A DNA stretch of 64,000 nucleotides, taken from Macrostomum lignano (lineage: Eukaryota). The position numbers were made by a program, and so were the translations under genes. The notes under the pieces are model-generated. The model worked only from the letters and a program-made list of their open reading frames with translations. It ran no database searches and had not been told where the DNA came from. The stretch is taken from assembly GCA_002269645.1 (NCBI GenBank), contig NIVC01001548.1, forward strand, positions 62,001 through 126,000. The letters are read 5' to 3'. How positions within the stretch are numbered: position 1 is the stretch's first letter; each line of letters begins with the position of its first letter. This document shows positions 1 to 16,626 of this stretch, in pieces.

Positions 1-850
1 CCCCTATGTGCACAAGCTCCCAAGAAAATCAGCTCTCTATCCCCTGTGTACACAAGCTTCCGAGAAAACCAAGTCCATACCCCCTTTGTACACAAGCTCC
101 CGGGAAAGTAAACTCTCTACCCCATATGTGCACAAGCTCCCGAGAAAATCAACTCTCTACCCCCTGTGTACACACGCTCCCGAGAAAATCAACTCTCTAC
201 CCCCTGTGTACACACGCTCCCGAGAAAATCAACTCTCTACCCCCTGTGTACACACGCTCCTGAGAAAATCAACTCTCTACCCCCTGTGTGCACAAGCTCC
301 CGAGAAAATCAACTCTCTACCCCCTGTGTACACAAGCTCCCGAGAAAATCAACTCTCTACCCCCTGTGTACACAAGCTCCCGAGAAAGTCAAATCTCTAC
401 CCCCTGTGTACACTGCACGCTCCCGAGAAAATCAACTCTGTACCCCCTGTGTGCACAAGCTCCCGAGAAAATCAACTCTCTACCCCCTGTGTACACACGC
501 TCCTGAGAAAATCAACTCTCTACCCCCTGTGTGTACACGCTCCCGAGAAAATCAACTCTCTACCCCCTGTGTACACAAGCCCCCGAGAAAATCAACTCTC
601 TACCCCCTGTGTGCACAAGCTCCCGAGAAAATCAAGTCTCTACCCCCTGTGTGTACACGCTCCCGAGAAAACCAAATCCATACCCCCTGTGTGCACAAGC
701 TCCCGAGAAAATCAACTCTCTACCCCCTGTGTACACAAGCTCCCGGGAAAGTCAAATCTCTACCCCTATGTACACACGCTCCCGAGAAAACCACGTCCCT
801 ACCCCCTATGTACACAAGCTCCCGAGAAAGTCAAATCTCTGCCCCCTATG
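1..850. repeat. 40-bp minisatellite (CCCCTGTGTACACAAGCTCCCGAGAAAATCAACTCTCTAC)n, cut by the window start
   Basis: Directly visible 40-bp period, about 21 copies. ORFs 6-962 are translations of the repeat. Confidence 0.95.
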
Positions 851-1629
851 TACATACGCTGTAGGAGTGCACAGTCGCATAGCGAGCCAATGCTCAGTTG
901 AGGCTCGTTCCTCCGCAGCAGAGCAGTCCCATAAAATCTGGTTGGTCAAAATAAAGCTTTAAAATATGCTAGTAGGCCCTCCTCCGTAACATTTCTCCCA
1001 CACACATCTGCTGTCTCTCTGTATGGTGTTGTGATTTTATTATGTCTAATTATTATTTATTAAGCTAATTGTTATATTGTAAAGTAATTTTATCAGCATA
1101 CGTTCTTTAGAAATCGTATGCGTAAAATTTTATTTACGAGCGTAGCTGTTTCAGATAAACAAAATATCCATTTTTTAATCACAATATATTATGAGAAATT
1201 TAACCAAAATTGATTATTTTTTGTTTCGCTCTGAAAAATTCATTGCTGAAAGTGTGCAAAGTTTTTGTTTTTTTTGGGGCGCCTACCTCACATCGAGCCC
1301 TGCAGTACCCAGGTGAAATAGCTGACTTCACCCCATAGATCTTGTTAGTCATCCCTGGTGGGGCCAGCCGGGGGCTGTAAATTAGCATCTGTTAGTGAAA
1401 TGGTGCCGAATGAGAAACAAACACCAAAAACTATTTAGGCTACTATTAGCAGAAAATTAGGGTTGTTAGCATTGATTTGTTTATTTAAAATGGTAATTTC
1501 GAGAGTATGCGAGATTTCTTATTTTTCATTTATTAGCCTACTAAAAGTAGATAAGTCAGGTTATTACCATAAAATTTTCGATATCAGCTGGAAAAATGCA
1601 AGAAGGGTGTAAAAACTCAATGTACTTTC

Positions 1630-3256
1630 ATGACAGGCGCAACGAGCAGCTCGGAGACGTCGGGCTTGGCGAGCACCTCGCCACCTGGGCGTTTGAAGCC
1701 GTTTATTATTGTTACAACTTTGTTGCTTCTGCTTGCCGGCTGCGGTTGCTTCTGCTGCTACTGGCTGGACTTGCTGGACGGCGGCGAGGAGGCGTACGGG
1801 ATCGGCCATAAACGTCCGTTTGGGACTTCCAGGTGAGCGGGGGAAGTGTGTGTGCGGCTATGCAAGTACAAGTGGGCAGTAGCAGGTACATTGAAGTACA
1901 TAAATGCTGTATCGGACATTAAAGTACATAAGGGGCTCTATGCGAAATTAAAGTACATAAGGGGCTCTACCGGACATTAAAGTACATGGGGGTTCTGTCG
2001 CACATTAAAGTACATAGGAGGCTCTATCGGACATTAAGGCACATAGGGGGCTCTATCGGACATTAAGGCACATAGGGGGCTCTATCGGACATTAAAGTAC
2101 ATCGTCGTAAATTAAAGTACATATGGGGTTCTGTCGCACATTAAAGTACATAGGAGGCTCTATCGGACATTAAGGCACATAGGGGGCTCTATCGGACATT
2201 AAGGCACATAGGGGGCTCTATCGGACATTAAAGTACATCGTCGTAAATTAAAGTACATATGGGGTTCTGTCGCACATTAAAGTACATAGGAGGCTCTATC
2301 GGACATTAAGGCACATAGGGGGCTCTATCGGACATTAAGGCACATAGGGGGCTCTATCGGACATTAAAGTACATCGTCGTAAATTAAAGTACATATGGGG
2401 TTCTGTCGCACATTAAAGTACATACGGGGCTCTATCGGACATTAAAGCACATGGTCGAGTCATCTCCACTCCGCCTGAAGGCACCCCCAGCTGCCCGTGC
2501 CCGAATTGGCTGACGGCTTCCCGCCGCCCGGCCGGTTTTACCAAGAGCAGGTGCGCCAGCTTCGGCCCCTGCTGATGCGCGGCGCAGCAAGACAGACCCG
2601 CGCCTTCCGCATGTGGGACGATGACTACTTCCTGCAACTGCCGCTAGACCCCAACAGCTCTCAGGTGCGCTCCTCCAGTCAGTCAGTCAGTCAGTCAGTC
2701 AGTCAGTCAGTCAGTCAGTCAGTCAGTCAGTCAGTCAGTCAGTCAGTCAGTCAGTCAGTCAGTCAGTCAGTCAGTCAGTCAGTCAGTCAGTCAGTCAGTC
2801 AGTCACCATCAATCGCAGGTGCATGTAGAGACCACCAAGAAGGAGAGCCGGCAGCAGCGAACCTACGATACGCCATTCCATCAGTTCGTGCGCTCCTACA
2901 ACACCTCAGGCCACTACATGGTGGCTAGCATGCCCCGTTTCCTGGCGCCCGACTTTCCCCTGCCTTGGAGCCTGCAGTGCCCCGATGTGGCGGGCGCCTT
3001 GGTCGAAGCCATCGTCTGGTTCAGCAGCGGCGGCACGAGCTCAGTGGTGCACACAGACGCTGTGGACAACCTTAACTGCGTGCTGCGCGGGAACAAAACT
3101 TTTGTTATGGTCTGTCTGTGTGTCTGTCTGTGTGTCTGTGTGTCTGTCTGTGTGTCTGTCTGTGTGTCTGGCTGTCTGTCTGTGTGTCTGTCTGTCTGTC
3201 TGTGTGTCTGTCTGTCTGTGTGTCTGTCTGTCTGTCTGTGTGTCTGTCTGTCTGTG

Positions 3257-3351
<95 letters not shown>

Positions 3352-3376
3352 GTGTGTGTCTGTCTGTCTGTCTGTG

Positions 3377-3419
<43 letters not shown>

Positions 3420-6228
3420 GTGTGTGTCTGTCTGTCTGTCTGTGTGTCTGTCTGTGTGTCTGGCTGTCTGTCTGTGTGTCTGTCTGTCTGTCTGTCTTCT
3501 GTCTGTCTGTGTGTCTGTCTGTCTGTCTGCCTGTCTCACCCAGCCCCTCCCGCCCCGCAGGTTGACCCGGCAGTGCATGGCCACCGGGTGCCCATCGACC
3601 GACCGGAAGGCTCCTACTCCTCCATGGACGTGGACTCCGTCGACTTCCGCGCCTACCCCAGCATGGCTGACGTTCAGTTCTATATCGCCCACCTGTTCCC
3701 CGGCGACTGCCTGTACATCCCGTTCAAGTGGATCCACCAAGTCCGCTCCTACGGCCGCAACATCGCCGTCAACCTCTGGTTCGACACCGCGCTGGTCCGC
3801 GCCACCGACAACTGCAACGAGGAGCGGCCGGACCCGGCCTGGCTGATCGACACGGCCAGCTTTAAGGGCTTCGGCTACCGGCCCCCCACCGACCTGTTCG
3901 CCGAGACGCTGCGCCAGGCCGCTGGTCCGCTAGACTTTGCGGCCCTGCTTGACCGCATCGTGCCGGTGAGAGCTGTGTGAATAGAGTGGCACTGTGAATG
4001 AAGGGGAGCTGTGTGAATAGAGTGGCACTGTGAATGAAGGGGAGCTGTGTGAATAGAGTGGCACTGTGAATGGAGGGGAGCTGTGTGAATAGAGTGGCAC
4101 TGTGAATGGAGGTGAAGCTGTGTGAACAGGGTGGCACTGAATGGAGTGGGAGCTGTGTGAATAAAGTAGCACTGTGAATGGAGGTGAAGCTGTGTGAACA
4201 GGGTGGCACTGAATGGAGGGGGAGCTGTGTGAATAAAGTAGCACTGTGAATGGACGGGAGCTGTGTGAATAGAGTGGCACTGTGAATGGAGATGAAGCTG
4301 TGTGAACAGGGTGGCACTGAATGGAGGGGTAGCTGTGTGAATAAAGTAGCACTGTTAATGGACGGGAGCTGTGTGAATAGAGTGGCACTGTGAATGGAGG
4401 GGGAGCTGTGTGAATAGAGTGGCACTGTGAATGGAGGGGAGCTGTGTGAATAGAGTGGCACTGTGAATGGAGGGGGAGCTGTGTGAATAGAGTGGCACTG
4501 TGAATGGAGGGGAGCTGTGTGAAAAGAGTGGCACTGTGAATGGAGGGGAGCTGTGTGAATAGAGTGGCACTGTGAATGGAGGGGAGCTGTGTAAATAGAG
4601 TGGCACTGTGAATGGAGGAGAGCTGTATGAATAGAGTGGCACTGTGAATGGACGGGAGCTGTGTGAATAGAGTGGCACTGTGAATGGAGGGGAGCTGTGT
4701 GAATAGAGTGGCACTGTGAATGGAGGGGGAGCTGTGTGAATAGAGTGGCACTGTGAATGGAGTGGAGCTGTGTGAATAGTGGCACTGTGAATGGAGGGGA
4801 GCTGTGTGAATAGTGGCACTGTGAATGGAGGGGAACTGTGTGAATAGAGTGGCACTGTGAATGGAGTGGAGCTGTGTGAATAGTGGCACTGTGAATGGAG
4901 GGGAGCTGTGTGAATAGTGGCACTGTGAATGGAGGGGAACTGTGGGAACTCCATTGGCCTCAAGAGTCACTCCCCGCTCTGTTTGTTTTCAGGAGCACGG
5001 CGAATTGAGGACTCGTTTCGGTGACCGGTTTGTTGACGAGCTCAGCGTTGTAAGTTGTTTTGTGTGCGCGCTCCTATTGTTCGCTGATGGTGATTCCTTG
5101 CGGTGGGCGCCCCTTCATGCCGCACACCCTGACAGAGCCCCCTCCCTCATGCCCCCTCCCTCATGCCCCCTCCCTCATGCCCCCTCCCTCATGCCCCCTC
5201 CCTCATGCCCCCTCCCTCATGCCCCTCCCTCATGCCCTCCCTCATGCCCCCTCCCTCATGCCCCCTCCCTCATGCCCCCTCCCTCATGCCCCTCCCTCAT
5301 GCCCCTCCCTCATGCCCCTCCCTCATGCCCCCCTCCCTCATGCCTACTCCCTCATGCCCCCTCCCTCATGCCCCTCCCTCATGCCCCTCCCTCATGCCCC
5401 TCCCTCATGCCCCTCCCTCATGCCCCCTCCCTCATGCCCCTCCCTCATGCCCCCTCCCTCATGCCCCTCCCTCATGCCCCTCCCTCATGCCCCCCTCCCT
5501 CATGCCTACTCCCTCATGCCCCCCTCCCTCATGCCTACTCCCTCATGCCCCTCCCTCATGCCCCTCCCTCATGCCCCCCTCCCTCATGCCTACTCCCTCA
5601 TGCCTACTCCCTCATGACCCCTCCCTCATGCCCCTCCCTCATGCCCCTCCCTCATGTCCCCCTCCCTCATGCCTACTCCCTCATGCCCCCTCCCTCATGC
5701 CCCTCCCACATGCCCCTCCTTCATGCCCCCTCGCTCATGCCCCTTCCCACATGCCCCCTTCTCATGCCCCTCCCACATGCCCCCTCCCTCATGCCCCCTC
5801 CCACATGCCCCTCCTTCATGCCCCTCCCTCATGCCCCTCCCACATGCCCCCTCCCTCATGCCCCCTCCCTCATGCCCTCCCACATACCCCCTTCCTCATG
5901 CCCCTCTCATAGCCTTCATGCCCCTCCCACATACCCCCTCCCTCATGCCCCCTCCCTCATAGCCTTCATGCCCCTCCTCACCCCATCCCCCACCCTTTCT
6001 GGGTGGCTGGCTGGCTGGCTGGATCTGCTCAGCGCCATCTTATCCATTCGCTGTCATCAACAGGTGTTCAAGGCATTCGACACCAACGGCGACTCCTTGA
6101 TGGACTTGACCGAAGTCGAAGGCCAACCGGTTGAACGGCTGCGCGACATCGATCGGCACTTCCTGCAGTTCGACCGGACAGTCAGGGAGATGATGGAGAT
6201 TCTGGCCAGGGAGCGGGATGAGCTCTGA
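1630..6228 (+). CDS. JmjC/cupin-like 2OG-Fe(II) oxygenase with N-terminal signal/anchor, EF-hand and C-terminal RDEL (about 434 aa, 6 exons)
   Basis: Exons 1630-1832, 2481-2664, 2819-3109, 3561-3965, 4993-5049, 6064-6228. All are GT-AG and join in frame. JmjC motifs [18 protein letters not shown] and [17 protein letters not shown] (H-x-D...H intact). Hydrophobic stretch [16 protein letters not shown]-hand loop [12 protein letters not shown]. Ends ERDEL*. Confidence 0.88.
1900..2450. repeat. About 30-bp minisatellite with higher-order structure (ACATTAAAGTACATAGGGGGCTCTATCGG-like) in JmjC intron 1
   Basis: Visible tandem units; a block of about 140 bp of variants repeats about 3 times. Confidence 0.9.
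2678..2803. repeat. (TCAG)n microsatellite in JmjC intron 2
   Basis: Pure tetranucleotide run. Confidence 0.95.
3110..3535. repeat. (TCTG/TGTG)n microsatellite in JmjC intron 3, starting at the GT donor
   Basis: Visible run; the donor reads GTCTGT. Confidence 0.95.
3968..4945. repeat. About 39-bp minisatellite (GAGCTGTGTGAATAGAGTGGCACTGTGAATGGAGGG..)n in JmjC intron 4
   Basis: Visible tandem units filling almost the whole intron. Confidence 0.95.
5138..5980. repeat. 12-13-bp minisatellite (CCCTCATGCCCCT)n in JmjC intron 5
   Basis: Visible tandem units. Confidence 0.95.
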
Positions 6229-6676
6229 TTTGCTGCTAAAACTCTGTCAATTTTTGGTGGATTGAACTCTTTGTTTATTTGTTTCTGTTGCTTAGCATTC
6301 CGGTGCACGAACTTATCAATGCGGGCCGCAGCCAATCAGAGAGCGCCAAGGTTGAGGTTGGGGCCATTGCCAAATTTTTCTTGTAGCTATTTAAACTGCA
6401 AACTCACAACTTGTTTTTTTCATAATATTGTGTGGCCTATCAATTTCAATGAATTCTCCACGTCTGACACCTTTTTATCTGTTGCGGTTGACTGTTTTCT
6501 ATTTCTACCATGGCTCTGTGTAAATACACTGTCTGGATTCTTTATTAAATAGCTGCTTAATTTATGCAGGAATTCTTTTTACGACTGATTTCTTTAGCAC
6601 ACTACTGAAACTCTGGTGCAGTAGTATCTATCGCTTCTATTCCGCATTTCATTTCTATTCGTCTCATTTTTTCCAG

Positions 6677-8772
6677 ACGCAGAAAGTCGCCACCGACAGC
6701 GACGACTCCGAGAGCGAGCCGCCGACAGCTGCTCCGATAGAGCGGCGCCAAGTCGGCGCTCCGTCCTCCGCCACCGTCACTTCCGCGCCGACGCCGGCCG
6801 CGACGAGCAGCGCCGCAGTCGACGAGTCGCCGCGTCGGCGTAGTCGACGTCGAAGACGCCGGGTCAAGCGGAAAGCTACGGCAGCAGCGGTGGCAAACGC
6901 ATCGTCGCCTATGGGCGAGTCGTCAACAACAGCAGCGTCGCCGCAGGTTGGGTCGCTGCCCCGCCTCGGCCGGCCGCCGCGCAAGTTGGCTCTTCCAGTC
7001 GGTGTCGCCTGGCAGCCGCCGCGCCGGCTGGAGTTCGACTCTGACGGTGAGGCGCGTGAGGCCGACGCCGACGCGCCGTTTGGCGACGCCGCCGCATTTC
7101 AGCGGCTTGGCGACCAGCGGCGCGGCTTGAAGCGTCGCGGCTGCGTCACTGTGGACGCCGCCGGCGTTGCCGTCGTTGCCGGGCCGTCGCCAAAGCGTCG
7201 CCGAGAGGCGGCCGAGAAGCGGCGCCAGCTGGAATACAACGAAACGTCCAGCTGCTCGGCGCTGCTCGAATGCAACGAAGCGAACGCGGCAGCGCTGGCC
7301 GGCAAAAGTCTGCTGAGCCACCCGGACTGCCTGGCCTTCTGCCAGCCTGCGGATCGGCGCAATGTTGCCAGGGACTCGGGCCGGCTGTGCAATCAATCAG
7401 ATGCGGCTAAGAACGTTGCTAAGGAGGTTGCTAAGGACGCTGATTATAGTTCAAATCGCACGCTTGCCGCTCCTACGGAGGCTGGGAATTCGGCGTTCCG
7501 CAGAGCGACGGCTGCCAGGGAGGCGGTGGCCGCGGCTCCCATCGCCGCGCCCGCCAGCCCAGCCGAGGCCAGTCAGCTGGCCCAGCTGTTCGGCCTGCTG
7601 CAGTCGATGCAAGCAGACCACGAGCGCCAGTTCCAGCGCCTCGGCGCCCTGCTTGAACAGCAGCAGCGGCAGCTGGCCCGGATCTGCCAGGGCGGCTCGC
7701 AAGCCGACGCGCGGATCTGCCAGGGCGGCTCGCAACCGGACGCGCGGATCTGCCAGGGCGGCTCGAAACCGGACGCGCGGATCTGCCAGAGCGGCTCGCA
7801 AGCCGACGCGCGGATCTGCCAGGGCGGCTCGCAACCCGACGCGCGGATCTGCCAGGGCGGCTCGAAACCGGACGCGCGGATCTGCCAGAGCGGCTCGCAA
7901 GCCGACGCGCGGATCTGCCAGGGCGGCTCGCAACCCGACGCGCGGATCTGCCACGGCGGCTCGCAACCCGACGCGCGGATCTGCCAGGGCGGCTCGCAAG
8001 CCGACGCGCGGATCTGCCACGGCGGCTCGCAAGCCGACGCGCGGATCTGCCAGGGCGGCTCGCAAGCCGACGCGCCAGTGGCCGCTGCGCCATCGCCACG
8101 GAAGCAGCGGCGCCAGCCAGCAAGACAAGCGCCTCCCCTACCGGCGCCACCTCCGCCTCCGCCGCCGCCGCCGCCGCCTCCGCCAAGCATCGATTGGGCA
8201 GCCTTTCGCGACGCTGTCGAAAATCCAATGCGCTACCTGCCTCTACGGATCCCCGACCAGCTGGTGCCCGGCGCCGTCATCTTATTTAAAGTTTGTCACG
8301 TACTGCCGGTTCAGAGGATGAGAAATCCGATCGTATAGGCTGTGTCCCTAACAGTGGAATTCCCCACCCCGAAAATCTTGCGGAAGATCCCAATGGCATT
8401 CTGGTAATCCTTAATCTGAGGAAAGGTGCCTCCCAGGTGTCGGTATTCTTGATTTCAGTGTCGGTAGTCGGGATTTCAGTGTCAGTAGTCGGGATTTCAG
8501 TGTCGGTAGTCGGGATTTCAGTGTCGGTATTCGCCAACCCTACCCGGAATTTGCAGACCGCCTCCCTCAATGACGCAGCCTCAGACGGCTGGTCTCGGCA
8601 GGCGCCGCCGGCCAAATCCGTGTCCGACTACGCCCTCGCCTGCGTCGCCGCTTTCGACCGTCGTCGGCGCCGCGTCTACCTGCTGCTCGGTGGAAGCCCG
8701 CCGGACGTTCCGCTGTCGATGCACGTGGCCGCCCTGCTGCAGACGCGACTGGTGGCGGCAGTGGCTACCTGA
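6677..8772 (+). CDS. Low-complexity protein with a C-terminal coilin-like Tudor domain (2 coding exons; 5' end unresolved)
   Basis: Frame is open from the acceptor TTTTTTCCAG|ACG (6677) to the donor at 8291; exon 2 is 8557-8772 (phase 0). C-terminus VILFK|TASL...KSVSDYALACVAAFDRRRRRVYLLL...LLQTRLV resembles, from memory, coilin IAFKLLEL...DVSDYKEGRIL...LIDPRLI. Contains a basic NLS-like tract RRRSRRRRRRVKRK and poly-Pro. Confidence 0.55.
7676..8071 (+). repeat. Coding 33-bp tandem repeat, 12 x ARICQGGSQ(A/P)D
   Basis: 12 in-frame units counted in the exon. Confidence 0.92.
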
Positions 8773-9044
8773 TCGGAAGCCTTCAGTGGCGAACACGCAT
8801 TTCGTAGAATCATTTGAAATTTACTGGCCAAAAAATACTTTGTGCATTCACAAATTTTGACGAGCTAACCGTAAAATTATTAAAAATACAAGACTGCATG
8901 CGCAGTATTTCGCATTAATTATTACCTGTGCAAGCCGCATTTTCCCTGGTGTTGCATTTTTCGAACTGCGTTCTCAGGATTTTGTTGAGCTGAGCTCTAT
9001 GAATTTCGTTCTTTACTAATGAAGCAATCTTCTCAACAGTCCGA

Positions 9045-9618
9045 ATCAGAGCTTGTGTCCGGGTCCGAATCAGAGCTTGTATCGGTGTCCGAGTCAGCTT
9101 GTATCGGTGTCCGAGTCAGCTTGTATCGGTGTCCGAGTTAGAGCAATGTATTGTATTGGTGTCCGAGTCAGAGCAATGTATTGTATTGGTGTCCGAGTCA
9201 GAGCAATGTATTGTATTGGTGTCCGAAACAGAGCTTGTATCCGTGTCCGAATCAGACCTTGTATCCGTGTCCGAATCAGACCTTGTATCCGTGTCCGAAT
9301 CAGAGCTTGTATCCATGTCCGAATCAGTGCTTGTATCCGGGTCTGAATCAGAGCTGGTATCCGTGTCCGAATCAGAGCTTGTATCCATGTCCGAATCAGT
9401 GCTTGTATCCGGGTCTGAATCAGAGCTGGTATCCGGGTCCGAATCAGAGCTTGTGTTCGTATCCGAATCAGAGCTTGTATCCGGGTCCGAATCAGTGCTT
9501 GTATCGGTGTCCGAATCAGAGCTTGTGTCCGGTGTCCGAATCAGAGCTTGTATCTGTGTCCGAATCAGCTTGTATCGGTGTCCGAGTCAGAGCAATGTAT
9601 TGTATTGGTGTCCGAATC
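9045..9618. repeat. About 24-bp minisatellite (GTATCCGTGTCCGAATCAGAGCTT)n abutting the LINE 5' end
   Basis: Visible degenerate tandem units. Confidence 0.9.
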
Positions 9619-9619
9619 T

Positions 9620-14407
<4,788 letters not shown>

Positions 14408-14718
14408 CAGCTACCAGCTACCAGCTATCAGCTACCAGCTACCAGCTACCAGCTACCAGCTACTAGCTATCGGCTATCAGCTACCAGCTACCAGCTACTA
14501 GCTATCAGCTACCAGCTATCAGCTACCAGCTACCAGCTATCGGCTATCGGCCATCAGCTATCAGCTACCAGCTACCAGCTATCGGCTATCAGCTACCAGC
14601 TACCAGCTACCAGTTACTAGCTACCAGCTACCAGCTACTAGCTACCAGCTACCAGCTACCAGCTACCAGCTACCAGCTACCAGCTACTAGCTACCAGCTA
14701 CCAGCTATCAGCTACTAG
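14408..14718. repeat. 7-bp microsatellite (CAGCTAC)n directly after the LINE tail
   Basis: Visible run. Confidence 0.95.
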
Positions 14719-15183
14719 CGGCAAGCGGAGCGGCAGGCGGAGCGGCAGGTGGAGAGGCGAGATGCGGCTAAGCTGATGACAAAGAATTCATATGCGGTCA
14801 CATTTGCCGCAAAACGCAGTTTCTGTGGTATCTTTCGCTTAATATGCTGAAAACAAATTGCTTCCAGTATTTTAACGCGTGGCAACATAGGAATGATAAA
14901 AAGTCTTGCTTTGTTTTTTTCAATTGTCTTTGCCCGGCCGAACAAAAAATGATGTTCAATTTATTTTTTATTTGATGCGATTATCTTGGAGAGACCATGG
15001 AGACCTAGAGTTCACATGGCTGAAGTAATCAAGTTGTATTTTGTTAGAATACAAATCGATACACTTGTGCAACAACCTGTGCACCGGACAGGTGCAAGGC
15101 TGCCTCTTTGGGAAACGTTTAGAGAACGGAGCTGTGGTGGAATTTGATTCAGGACACCCACTCGCATCGGGGCCTTTCGCGCG

Positions 15184-15939
15184 TCAGTAGGCGCTGAACT
15201 TCACCCAGTCGGCGCTGGTCTCGATCTGCTCCTGCACCTGGGAGTCAGAGAACAGCAGCAGACGGCAGGTCCTCAGCTTGCTGTTGTACAGCAGGTCCTT
15301 GCTTTTGCCAGCCTTGGTGGCGGCCGCCAGGCAGTGAATCGGGCTGAGCACTCGCCGCACATCCGCATAGCAATACTCAGAGCTGGAGTTGAAGTCCGAG
15401 CGCCTGAACTGCACCCGCCGCCACGTGGCTCTCACCGTTGAACTCCGGGCCGCGGCTCCCACGAACTCGCAGGCAAATCCGCGCAGAGCTGAGCACTTCA
15501 GATCGATGAGTTCAGTTGAGAAGCCGGAGGTGGACAGGCAGTCCTGGTCGCTGCTTTTGCTGCTGGGCGTGTCGGGGAACCACAGGGAGTCGTTCAGGGG
15601 CAGCACGCCGTTCCTGTTCCCCAGCTGCCAGCCGGACCTGTTGGCCCCCCTCTCCTCGGCCAGGTCGGTCACCCCGAGCCACACACCGCAGCTCTTGCTC
15701 GTGTCGGCGCATTGAAAGCTCGGCATGTCGGCCAGCAGCTTCAGCGAGCTGTACGAGTTGATGAGCTCGCCTCCGAGGGCTTCGCACTGCAGGTTGGCCT
15801 CGCACCAGCTGTAGGCCTGCGGTTGGCTTATGAATACACACCTACCCGCCTCGGTAGCGAACGGCGCGGGACAGACGGCCTTGGCTGGCTCCAACTGGCT
15901 GCTCAGGATCAGAATTGCGATGGCTAATTCGCACCTCAT
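15184..15939 (-). CDS. Secreted C-type lectin-domain protein with a possible PAN/apple-like C-terminal module (251 aa, single exon)
   Basis: Signal peptide MRCELAIAILILSSQLEPAKA. CTLD pattern CP..F....GRC...SWCEANLQCEALGGEL...VWLGVTD...QDCL...LIDLKC...FACE. Confidence 0.8.
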   Translation of the reverse strand: MRCELAIAILILSSQLEPAKAVCPAPFATEAGRCVFISQPQAYSWCEANLQCEALGGELINSYSSLKLLADMPSFQCADTSKSCGVWLGVTDLAEERGANRSGWQLGNRNGVLPLNDSLWFPDTPSSKSSDQDCLSTSGFSTELIDLKCSALRGFACEFVGAAARSSTVRATWRRVQFRRSDFNSSSEYCYADVRRVLSPIHCLAAATKAGKSKDLLYNSKLRTCRLLLFSDSQVQEQIETSADWVKFSAY

Positions 15940-16626
15940 AGCTTGGCAACTACGAGTGTATCTTCAGTGTATTCTTGTCAGTGATTGCCCTCTTTTTCCT
16001 CGGGGGAGAATAGACGGTGGAGTGCTGGGAAGCACCTCCGCTATTTTATCTTCTGTGCCGACCCGGTTGCTATGGCGGCTCCCCACAAACAAAAAATAAA
16101 ATAAACGATTTATTTGATTTTGGGTTGGTCCCTAATTGGCGTGGAACTCGGGTCATGAAAAGTTTACTCAAAGGCATTCAGTCCCACCTTCATAAGGTAA
16201 ATATGCACAAGTTTAATCAGTTTCCTTCAGCTGCCAAGAGGTCAGAGAGTTGAGTTGCGATGGCAGGAATTTCTCACCTCAGCTCTCAGCAGATCGTGAG
16301 CACATCTGCTTTCCCGCTGCTGTCGAGATATTTGGAAGAAAAAGGAGAAAAAGAGGCTGAAACTTTATCCGTAGCTGCCAGTTTCTCAGAAATGCTGAGA
16401 GACATTTTCCACTTTTCAAAACACTTCTGCTTCTAAAAGGACACTTGAATTTTTGCATTCCGCGGAAAAACAGACGCAGAAGTTACTTGATTTGAGCTTG
16501 AAGTAGCAGCTGACTGACTTTTTGCCATTGAATTTTTACGATATAAATTTGATGCCCCGAGAGAACAGGGGAGCTGAGTCAGCAATACTCATTTGTACTC
16601 AGCTTAAGCAGGCTTAAACAGGAACA

